From Candidatus Moanibacter sp. (GTDB lineage: Bacteria > Verrucomicrobiota > Verrucomicrobiia > Opitutales > UBA2987): a DNA stretch of 64,000 nt. Shown here in pieces: positions 28,698-37,188 of this stretch (the first letter of the stretch is position 1; every line of letters starts with the position of its first letter). Made by a program: the position numbers and the translations under genes. The DNA lies in NCBI GenBank assembly GCA_965215885.1, contig CBDCEW010000083.1:6117-70116 (forward strand), given 5' to 3'. The notes beneath the pieces were generated by a model that was not told the origin of the DNA, made no database searches, and saw only the letters and a program-made list of their open reading frames with translations.

Positions 28698-29698
28698 CAC
28701 ACGACTCTCCAGTGCGGACAATCGCAAGGTGCCTTCAAAAGTTCCTCCAACTCATCGTCCAGCACAATCAGCGAAATCGAGTGGCCCGTCATCTCCATCG
28801 ATGTGCAGTAACGGCCGACCAGCGGTTCGACAATCGAAACCCCCCGATCTCTCAGCTGGGCGGCGACATACCGGTAGACGATATAAAGTTCCTCGAGCGG
28901 AGTCGCACCAAGGCTATTACAGAGGACCGACACACGGTCTCCTCCACTCAAAGCGATGTCGCTCAGGATCATATCGAGCATCTCAGCCGAGATCTCATCG
29001 GCCGAACGCAGCGCGCCCCGGCGGACACCCGGCTCACCGTGTATGCCCATGCCGATTTCCATTTCGTCTTCACCGAGTTCGAAGGTCGGTTTCCCCGCCG
29101 CCGGAACGATACAAGGGGTGAGGGCGACGCCGGCCGTTCTCATCGAGTCGACTGCCTTCCGTGCGACTTCCGCCACTTCATCGAGCGATCCTCCCGCCTT
29201 GGCCTTGGCCCCGGCAACCTTATAGGCGTAGATGATACCGGCGATTCCCCGCCGCTTGTCCCGTTCGTCGGGTCCGCCACTGGCGACATCATCACACCCG
29301 CGCACGGTGCGGGTTTCGATATCCTCCATTTCGAGCATTTCGGCGGCCATATCGAAATTCATATTGTCGCCACTGTAATTGCCGTAGAGGAGCAAGACAC
29401 CCTTGCCCCCGTTGGCTCGCCGGGTAGCCTCCGCCATTTGTTCCACATTAGGTGACGAGAACACGTCCCCGATGGCGCAGGCATCGAGCAACCCATCTCC
29501 CACATAACCGGTGAAGACCGGTAGGTGCCCCGAGCCCCCTCCGGAGACGAGACCCACCTTTCCTTCCACGGGTGAACCCGGACGCACAATTACGCGATTC
29601 TCGGGGCCACAGCGCTCATAATGGGCAGGATGCGCATCACACATCCCTTCGAGCATTTCATCTACATAAGCCAGCGGTTCGTTCAGGATCTTTTTCAT
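28697..29698 (-). CDS. dhaK: Dihydroxyacetone kinase, dihydroxyacetone-binding subunit K
   Basis: 333 aa with MKKILNEPLAYVDEMLEG, GLVSGGGSGHLP and GDVFSSP. Confidence 0.9.
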   Translation of the reverse strand: MKKILNEPLAYVDEMLEGMCDAHPAHYERCGPENRVIVRPGSPVEGKVGLVSGGGSGHLPVFTGYVGDGLLDACAIGDVFSSPNVEQMAEATRRANGGKGVLLLYGNYSGDNMNFDMAAEMLEMEDIETRTVRGCDDVASGGPDERDKRRGIAGIIYAYKVAGAKAKAGGSLDEVAEVARKAVDSMRTAGVALTPCIVPAAGKPTFELGEDEMEIGMGIHGEPGVRRGALRSADEISAEMLDMILSDIALSGGDRVSVLCNSLGATPLEELYIVYRYVAAQLRDRGVSIVEPLVGRYCTSMEMTGHSISLIVLDDELEELLKAPCDCPHWRVV

Positions 29699-30051
29699 AC
29701 TGTTTTGACAAGGTTTGAAATTATCTCGTTATGTATCGAACTTACGTCAGCGACCGGAAAATGGAAAGTAAATTCGAGGCTGCGTGCGAGGCGTGCCACA
29801 GGGCCAACATCTCATCGAATCTCCTGTTTCGTTCTCTGCGACCCACCCATAACCCCTCCCAGGGATCTGTTCGTTTAGAGGCTCGTTTACCGAATTCCCC
29901 TCCTGGTACGTGTTTAGCGTGCTTTTGATTGCTGGCTGCCCCAGGTCTTGTGCCCATCGTTCTGAATTTCGGTTGGCACGCAAATTGCGTGGAGTTCTCT
30001 GGTTAGAGCATGAAGAAAATGGGGAGCAGAGGGAGGGCACTGGAGTCGTTG

Positions 30052-31870
30052 TCAGGAGGCAATCCGATGGGGTTGCGGGTTTAAGGATTGATCCTGGCGA
30101 TTACAGACTTCGAAGAGTTCCTCAAGGAAGTTTTCTTTTCGCAGGAGCTTTTTGGGCAATCGACCCACGGCGAGGGTTTTTCTGTTCGCCCGCCAGTGAC
30201 TGAAGGGGGGTGCTTTCTGTGCAGCCTGGGCAAGCTTTTGGGGCAGATTATCGATACTGCCTAAAACCAGCTCCACATAGCGGGGATTGTGTAAGTTGGC
30301 CAGGAGCATGTATTCTTCGGGGAGCGCTTCAAAGTCGCGCGTCAGATTTTTGCGCCCGTGGGTTTGACGGCGTTTGCGCTTGGAGGTGCGCCAGGTGCCT
30401 TCCAGCTCATTGGTCGTGCGTACGCTGTCTGGATGGGCCGGTGGGGGAAGCAGCCGCTGCCAGTATTTGTCCAGATGAGTGACCACGGTGCGGTAGAGTT
30501 TGGCTTTCGAGGGGTTGGTCAGGGAGGCGCCTTTTTGGCGATATTGGGCACGCAGCAACTGGAGAGCCTCGGTGAGCTCAGCGGCTTGTCCTGCTTGCAA
30601 CAGATAAGGGTCGCTTAAAGGGCAGGGGCCGCTGGCGCTGAGCCAAAGGGCATCGCGCAAAGCGCTGAAAATGCAAAAAGCGTTTTCATAGATAGTAGCG
30701 GCTTCGATGACGAGGGCATCAGCCAGATACTGCTTCAACCCGGTCGAAAGATGAAAGAAGCTTCGCAGAACAGAGCAACTGGCAGGAGCGCGGGCAAGCC
30801 ACTGCTCCAGGGCGGCATGGGCGCGCACGACCCGCCGATGCCAATAAAGCAGGTAAGGATCGAAGGGAAAGCCCTTGGCGGTGACCGTCGCAGGGATAAT
30901 CCAAAATCCACAATTGCAGGGCCATGAGCAGTTCCCGTGCAAGGGTGGGATCGAAGGGCACTGCGAGCGCTTTGGCGGTGAGCAAATCGGCCAGGACGAG
31001 GGCGTGTTTTTCACGGAGGGCGTCACGGAGCTTTGCGGTGATGTGTTTGCGTTGCTCGCGCATGCGCTCCATGAGCTTCAATTGCCGCAAGCGCCCGTTG
31101 AGCATCTGCTGGGGTTTTCGATAAAGCTGTTCGCCCACATTGCGGGCGAAATGATAATGGCAGACGCCATGGGGGGCCTGGAAGGTTTCGCTCTCGCAGG
31201 CCTTGCTGATCTGAGCGCTTAAATCATGATAGACATGGTGGGGTTGGCCAAAAGCCCGGGCCGCCCGGGCAAAACAGCCACTGATCGTTTCGCTCTGTTC
31301 GGAAGGCATTTTCCAGCTGCCCAAAAGGATCCCTTCGTCGGCTTCCTGAACAGCGAAGAAAACCGGCGTCTGCGGTTCCACGGTCCCATCCACCAGCCAG
31401 CGCAGGCAAGGGCGAGCGCTCAGGTAATCTTTAAGCACCGGAGCGGCCGCGGCGTGCAGCCGACCCAGATAAAAAAGAAACTTCTGCTGCATCTCATAGA
31501 GGCTGCTTTGAGCAATCTGCAGCTGCCCCGGGCCCTCGCGCAGTTCCCTGTGCACCTCTTTGAGGGTGGCGCTTTCGCACAAACATCGCTTGCCCACATA
31601 GGCAATCAGATCGTAAGCGTAGCGACTATGCGAGGGCACGATCTGTTCCAGGCGAGCAGAACGGTAGCTGTTGCGGTGGCTCCCTTGCCCCTGCTCGCGC
31701 ACAACTTCCACCGCCTGGAAGCATCCATAGGAGAAACTGACCACCTTGCGGCGCAGGGTCTTGCGCACCTCTGAAGGACCCTCTTCGTCCTCCCGGGCAT
31801 CGAAGCGATAACTCGTTTGCGCAGGCACAGCCCCCACCGTTTGCAGGGCCCGTTCAGCCTCTGCCCGCAA
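30052..31870 (-). pseudogene. DDE transposase split by a 1-nt frameshift near 30890-30900
   Basis: ORFs 30719..31870 and 30052..31026 are collinear halves. The first carries WLVDGTVEP, VYHDLSAQ and VCHYHFARN. The second carries RTTNELEGTWRTSKRKRRQTHG. The frames cross at ...ALQLWILDYP / ATVTAKGFPFDPY. Confidence 0.6.
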
Positions 31871-31871
31871 A

Positions 31872-32588
31872 TCATGTAACAGCTCCGCTACCGCGATCGT
31901 TCCGGTTTTTTTTGAGCGAGTAAAACGCCATCACCCGCTCAATTTGCTCCCCGCTCAGCTCTACTCCCTGCTCTTGCATAAGCTCGACAAGCTCCTTGAC
32001 CCCGGCCTCGGGATGGCCGATACAGGCGACCAGCAAAGCGATCACGACCATCGTTTCGAGCCCTTCGGGAGCTGCCTGCAAAGCGCCCCCGGGGTCCCCT
32101 GCCTGAACTTGTGCCGCTGTTCTTCGCCCTTGCCGCCGCTTTTTCTGTTCGGCCCCGCCCTGTTCCCCGGCCGAGACATACACGCAGTGACGCCCTTCAT
32201 AGTATCGACTCAACCGCTTCTTTCTACAAAGCACGCTTATGGGGTTGTGCACCCGTACCCCAAGGAGGGTCTCCAACTCAGCCACCGTGTAGCCGCAAAG
32301 CGAAGCTCCCACCACCGCCTCCACGGTCTCCTCCAAGGTGCCGTGGCGCGAAAAGCGCCCCTTGCGAAAACGCCACAAACCGGCCCCGTCAAAGCGCGGA
32401 ATGTCTTTCAAGCTCAGGTAGCCACAATTGGCATTGTAACTGGAGTAATGGCCATATTTTTGCAAAGCCCGATAGACCGTTCGCCGCGACACCCTCTGCT
32501 CCTTCATCAGCCTCCACACCGTGCTTACCCGATCCCGCCGTACCGCTTCGACCACCTCCCTCTCTTTACGCGAAAGCTCTTCTTGCAT
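31872..32588 (-). CDS. HTH-domain protein (IS orfA-like)
   Basis: ATG 32588 gives MQEELSRKEREVVEAV...MKEQRVSRRTVYRALQKYG, an HTH-like segment. It lies directly upstream of the split transposase. Confidence 0.5.
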   Translation of the reverse strand: MQEELSRKEREVVEAVRRDRVSTVWRLMKEQRVSRRTVYRALQKYGHYSSYNANCGYLSLKDIPRFDGAGLWRFRKGRFSRHGTLEETVEAVVGASLCGYTVAELETLLGVRVHNPISVLCRKKRLSRYYEGRHCVYVSAGEQGGAEQKKRRQGRRTAAQVQAGDPGGALQAAPEGLETMVVIALLVACIGHPEAGVKELVELMQEQGVELSGEQIERVMAFYSLKKNRNDRGSGAVT

Positions 32589-33042
32589 GCACCGGCACAG
32601 TATGGAAAGGAGGCAAAACTGCAAACTTTACTTTACATACAATGCCAATACCAACTTTCTCCAGCTCCCTTCGCTTCTACTCAATTGCCACCAGAAATCA
32701 ACTCCCCGTTCAAAGCGCTTTTGTAACTGATTAATACTCAACAAGTTTCTAACTGAAAACAAACCTGCAGGAAAAGCTCTCTACCTCTAACGAACCCACA
32801 CACAACAATCGTTGAAACTCCATTCTGGCATACTATGTAATCAATAGAATCTTGCAAGTGCCTGAATAACATTTACTTTGGGTTCTCCAACCCAATTTCG
32901 TAATTATGGGTCTTGTGCCGGGGTGGAGCGCGTTTCTTGCTACACACCGGGTACCTCTACCTCGCTAAGATTCGGACGAGGCGTGGCAACCTTCTCTTGA
33001 CCTGTCTACTTTGCGTAGATTGTTTCCAGTGTGAAAGTCTCA

Positions 33043-34242
33043 ATGGACGCGGTTCTTTATAAAATTCCCGGCGTGGAATGGCAACGGCTAGGCGGTATGT
33101 CCTTGCTGGAGCGCAACCTCAGACTTCTCGACGCGGCCGGCGTAAAGAGAGCGCTTGTCCTGGTCCCTCCAGGTGACCGGGCACCGTCACTTTCGATACC
33201 ACGGCCATTACATCTCGATCGGCATACCTTCAACATCGCCGCGGATGAGAAGGATCTTCTATCTCTCCTACTCGATCTCGGCCGGCACGACCTCGGCACT
33301 TTCCTATTTTACAATGCGAATTTGCTCATCGATCCACGATTGATCGAAACTCTCCGAAACCGCAACGCACCCTGTTTATTGGTTGAAGGTCAGGCGGAAA
33401 GGTCCAATCCAGTATGGCAGGTCGGGCTGTTCGATCCTCAACACCTGGTAGCGTCCGAAGACTTACTCAACATAGCTGATAGGATGGGAACTGATGAAGT
33501 ATCGCATTACGACCCCGAAGTCAGGGGTGATGTTGTGCCCTATTGCGAGAAGATTGACAGTGCGGCTTCGGCCAGGCTCGGCTGGCGCCTTCTCATCAAA
33601 CGCGCCCAGAAAAGGCCCGGCGATTTTATCGAGAAATACGTCCATCCCGAAATTCAGAACTGGACGGTGAAAAGCATATGCAACACGCCCATCACTCCAA
33701 ACCAAATCAGCTTTCTAGTGGTTGTAAGTGCGTCTGCCGCAGCAGTTTTCTTCTACATCGGTTCTTTCTTCCTGGCCTGGTTTGCCGCCTTTGTTGCTAC
33801 CGTTCTGGACGGAGTCGACGGCAAACTCGCGCGAGTGAAGCTGATGACCTCAAAGGTCGGAAAACTTGAACACGTCTTCGACTATTTCTATGAAAATGCA
33901 TGGTACCTATGTCTGGCGGCACATTTAGCGCAGTGGCACGGATTTTTCGCCTGGAAAGTGGGTTTGGCTGTGACGGCATGCGACACGGCAAACAAAATAA
34001 TCGGTGGTCTTTTCGGGAAGTATACCGGCAAGACACTCGATGAGATGTCTCAATTTGACCGTGATTTTCGTCTCATCGGAGGGAGACGGAGCATCTACAT
34101 CTTCATCCTCCTTATCGGCTTCCTCTTCCAAGCGCCCTTTCCGGCATTTCAGGTGGTTCTCCTCTGGGCTGCATTTACCGTCACCGTACAAGCGTGCCGC
34201 GCCGTATACCACGCCCTTGAAACGAACTCGCCGGCAGCCTGA
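33043..34242 (+). CDS. IPCT/DIPPS-architecture protein: degenerate N-terminal nucleotidyltransferase-like domain plus CDP-alcohol phosphotransferase membrane domain
   Basis: ATG 33043. The N-terminal half resembles an NTP-transferase fold (LGGMSLLERNLRLLDAAGVKRALVLV) but lacks the G-x-G-x-R loop. The linker is ITPNQISFL. The membrane half carries LDGVDGKLARVKLMTSKVGKLEHVFDYFYE, a D-G-x2-A-R-x8-G motif. Confidence 0.75.
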   Translation: MDAVLYKIPGVEWQRLGGMSLLERNLRLLDAAGVKRALVLVPPGDRAPSLSIPRPLHLDRHTFNIAADEKDLLSLLLDLGRHDLGTFLFYNANLLIDPRLIETLRNRNAPCLLVEGQAERSNPVWQVGLFDPQHLVASEDLLNIADRMGTDEVSHYDPEVRGDVVPYCEKIDSAASARLGWRLLIKRAQKRPGDFIEKYVHPEIQNWTVKSICNTPITPNQISFLVVVSASAAAVFFYIGSFFLAWFAAFVATVLDGVDGKLARVKLMTSKVGKLEHVFDYFYENAWYLCLAAHLAQWHGFFAWKVGLAVTACDTANKIIGGLFGKYTGKTLDEMSQFDRDFRLIGGRRSIYIFILLIGFLFQAPFPAFQVVLLWAAFTVTVQACRAVYHALETNSPAA

Positions 34243-34304
34243 CGGGCTTCGCTTCCCAGAGATTTCATGCCAACCAACTGGGCGGCATCCCCAATCACCT
34301 GGGT

Positions 34305-35140
34305 GTCATTGCGAGGAGGAACGACGAAGCAATCCACGATTCCGATGTGCCTAAAAACGCTCCTCGGGAAATCGCGAGAAAACGATCACGATTAAGGCGC
34401 AGTGATCGATTCGGCTGAAAATGGCCCACATTCTTTCCCTGCGGTGATCGATCGTTGAAACACGAATTCTCGACCGAACCTCTACTCGATCAGCAGGCAC
34501 GACTCACTGACAAGCACAGTGGGATGGGGCGGAGCCCACAGTGGGAGAAATCCTAAGATTATTCGAAGGCCGAATGCCTGGATTGCTTCGTCATTCTTCC
34601 TCGCAATGATATGTTTTGCGTAGTGCAGCGAGCGGATGAATCATGACTTGGATTTGATCTAAATTAGGTCCGACGGATTTCCGGACTAGAGTCGTGCCGA
34701 ACCGACGATCTACCTAACGGAATTGTCTTGCCCCAAGACCATTAGGCTGGAAATTCGTGTCATTGCGAGAAGGAACGACGAAGCAATCCGCGATTCCGAT
34801 CAGCCGAAATGCTTCTCGGAAAATCGCGAGAAAACGATCATGATTAAGGAGCAGTGATCGATTCGGCTGAATATGGCCCATGTCCTTTCCTTGCGGTGCG
34901 CGATCGTTGAAACACGAATTCTCGACCGAACCTCTATTCGATCAGCAGGCACGACTCACTGACAAGCACAGTGGGATGGGGCGGAGCCCACAGTGGGAGA
35001 AATCTTAAGGCTATTCGTAGGCCGAATGCCTGGATTGCTTCGTCATTCTTCCTCGCAATGACAAGCTTCGTAGAGTGTGGCGAGTGGATGAATCATGACT
35101 TGAATTTGATCCGCCGTAAGTCCGACAGATTCCCAACCCG
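34305..35140. repeat. Tandem duplication (period 454 bp) of a ~385-bp unit whose first ~305 bp are bounded by inverted family-B modules
   Basis: Unit 1 (34305 to about 34690) and unit 2 (34759 to about 35140) align throughout with scattered substitutions. Inverted 31-bp modules lie at 34305-34335/34580-34609 and 34759-34789/35031-35061. Confidence 0.85.
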
Positions 35141-35311
35141 GACATTTCACACACATCGTAGGGAGGCCGCGTAGATTGCTGCGGATCAAGGCCTTTTCGC
35201 AGTCCGGCGGGCGACAGCGTGTTGGAACCCCCTGAGGTCGCCGGACAAGGGAAGGCTTTGAGGCGCAGTGAGATCCGCGGTCGCAGCAGATGGTTTGTGA
35301 AATGTTCGGGC
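35137..35311. repeat. Family-C MITE-like element, copy 1
   Basis: Termini are CCCGGACATTTCACACAC and GTGAAATGTTCGGGC (inverted). It aligns along its length with 49150-49335. Its last base abuts the stop codon of 35311..36039. Confidence 0.8.
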
Positions 35312-36039
35312 TAGAGGCTGCCGTGCATATTTTCCAGCAGGACGTTTTCCGCCTTTCGAATTGCATCGGGATCATCCACGTCTACCCAAAACCGACCACG
35401 AAACTCGGCAGCGTTAGCCCGACCCTCTTCCGCTAGAACGCGCACTCCGCCGCTCAGACTGAAATCGCCTCGCTCGATGATACTCTTATCAAGAGCCTCA
35501 AAAATGGCCGGACTGCACATGAAGATACCGGTATCGAATCCGTTGAAGTCGTCCAACCCTTTACCTATACTCCGTATCTTTCCCCCCTGCACCTTTACCC
35601 GGGTGACATCATCCATATCGACGGTAGAGTTCCGCGTATCCCGATCCACCGCCAGATTGATTTCATCCAAACGCAGAGGCACTTCGATCAACTCTCTCAA
35701 AGTACTGGAATCGAAAATGTGATCGGCCATAAGGAGTAAAAATGGTTCGTCAATATAGGCCTTCGCCTTCAAAACCGAGAGGCCGTTCTCCTTCTCCCAC
35801 TCTTCGTTGTATATTGGGGTGATGGGGACCTCAAGGCGCGCCGAAAGGTCTTCGAGAAACGCCGTTACGAGATCCTTGTTAAATCCTACGACGACGAAAA
35901 ATTCGCCTACTCCGGCATCCATCGCAGAACGGATTACTCGTTCGATGAGAGGAACGCCAAAGACCGGAATAAGGGGTTTGCTGTTACCCCGTAACTGTAA
36001 TCGACTCCCTTTTCCGGCCGCTATGATCAGACACTTCAT
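35311..36039 (-). CDS. NTP-transferase, inositol-1-phosphate cytidylyltransferase-like
   Basis: 242 aa with a canonical MKCLIIAAGKGSRL...SKPL loop. GLSVLKA, LLMADHIF and FWVDVDDPDAIRKAE match the IPCT/LicC-type pattern. Confidence 0.8.
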   Translation of the reverse strand: MKCLIIAAGKGSRLQLRGNSKPLIPVFGVPLIERVIRSAMDAGVGEFFVVVGFNKDLVTAFLEDLSARLEVPITPIYNEEWEKENGLSVLKAKAYIDEPFLLLMADHIFDSSTLRELIEVPLRLDEINLAVDRDTRNSTVDMDDVTRVKVQGGKIRSIGKGLDDFNGFDTGIFMCSPAIFEALDKSIIERGDFSLSGGVRVLAEEGRANAAEFRGRFWVDVDDPDAIRKAENVLLENMHGSL

Positions 36040-37150
36040 TCTTCGAACGACCCTCTTCCATTTCGATGATGAATCGCTCCATCATATGAAATGCCTCGTC
36101 ATCGGTGAATTGCCGAGGCGGATGTTTGCAGAAATACGCTGAAGGCGCGTAGAGAATGCCACCCTTACCGCAATCCAATGCCAGCTTCGCGCATCGGATG
36201 GCGTCAATTGCCACTCCCGCGGAGTTGGGGGAATCTTCCACGGAGAGTCGCACCTCGAGATTCATCGGCACATTGCCGAAAAGAAGCCCTTCCATCCGGA
36301 TAAACGCTACCTTGTTATCCTTCTGCCAGGGGACGTAGTCGCTCGGCCCGATATGGATGCTGTCTTCATCCATTCGACACGCTGTAACAGACTGCACGGC
36401 TTCTGTCTTGGAGATCTTTTTCGATGCTAACCGGCTTCTGCTGAGCATATTTAGAAAATCCGTGTTACCACCCGTGTTAAGCTGATAAGTACGCTCCAGC
36501 TTAACGCCCCGTTTTTTGAACAGGTCCGTCAACGTGCGATGCGCGATGGTTGCGCCCAACTGCGCTTTAATATCGTCGCCAATGATCGGAAGCCCCTTCT
36601 CTTCAAAGCGTTTCGCCCACTCCGGATCACTCGCAATAAAGACCGGCATGTTGTTGATGAAGGCCACATTCGCCTCTAACGCGCACCTGGCATAAAATCG
36701 GGTCGCCTCCTCCGATCCGACGGGTAGATAGTTCAATAGGATCTCCACTCCAGACTCTATGATCGCCTCGACAATCTCATCCTCCGTCAGCTCCGCTTCG
36801 CTTGACAGAACGAATGTCTGCCTCTCCTTGAAATCCTTCATGTGCTCGGCGAACCCGTCTATCAGCTTACCCATCTTTACCTGCACACCGGCTTTCGGTA
36901 AATCACCGCAGAATACAGTGGTGCAATTCGGCGCCTCAAAGATTGCTTCATTGACGTCTTTGCCGACTTTTCGAGCGTCGATGTCGAACGCAGCCACCAC
37001 TTCGATATCACTCGGCTTGTAGTCGCCGAGTTCCGGATGCATCAAGCCGATCGCATTCTCGAGGTTTTCCTCATTATAATAGTGGATTCCTTGAATCAGC
37101 GAACTCGCACAATTTCCGACTCCGACAATCGCAATTTTTATTTTGCTCAT
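35984..37150 (-). CDS. ino1: myo-Inositol-1-phosphate synthase (inositol-3-phosphate synthase)
   Basis: 388 aa with IAIVGVGNCASSLIQGIHYY, LNYLPVGSEEATRFYA, PVFIASDPEWAKRF, GDDIKAQLGATI, NTGGNTDFLNML, SKKISKTEAV and DSPNSAGVAIDAIRCAKLA. It is collinear with bacterial Ino1. The 3' end overlaps the next gene by 56 nt. Confidence 0.9.
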   Translation of the reverse strand: MSKIKIAIVGVGNCASSLIQGIHYYNEENLENAIGLMHPELGDYKPSDIEVVAAFDIDARKVGKDVNEAIFEAPNCTTVFCGDLPKAGVQVKMGKLIDGFAEHMKDFKERQTFVLSSEAELTEDEIVEAIIESGVEILLNYLPVGSEEATRFYARCALEANVAFINNMPVFIASDPEWAKRFEEKGLPIIGDDIKAQLGATIAHRTLTDLFKKRGVKLERTYQLNTGGNTDFLNMLSRSRLASKKISKTEAVQSVTACRMDEDSIHIGPSDYVPWQKDNKVAFIRMEGLLFGNVPMNLEVRLSVEDSPNSAGVAIDAIRCAKLALDCGKGGILYAPSAYFCKHPPRQFTDDEAFHMMERFIIEMEEGRSKNEVSDHSGRKRESITVTG

Positions 37151-37188
37151 ACCTAAATCTTTCCCTTAGCGGCTTTTATGTCAAGAGT

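Larger units (their letters stand above)
30052..32624 (-). mobile_element. Two-ORF IS-like element (HTH ORF plus frameshifted DDE transposase); ends not identified
   Basis: An HTH ORF is followed 1 nt later by the transposase reading frames. No terminal inverted repeats were recognised. Confidence 0.45.

Noticed and set aside
28345-29455. 258-aa and 247-aa plus-strand ORFs over dhaL/dhaK
   Set aside because: They are antisense to unmistakable DhaK/DhaL sequences, with biased Arg/Pro/Ser composition.
31944-32734. 260-aa and 207-aa plus-strand ORFs over the IS-like HTH gene
   Set aside because: Pro/Arg/Ser-rich shadow frames with no motifs.
34305-35140. Small CRISPR-like or riboswitch tandem in the 34.3-35.1 kb repeats
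   Set aside because: There are only two long (~385 bp) units, each with inverted ends. This architecture fits a duplicated MITE, not a repeat-spacer array.
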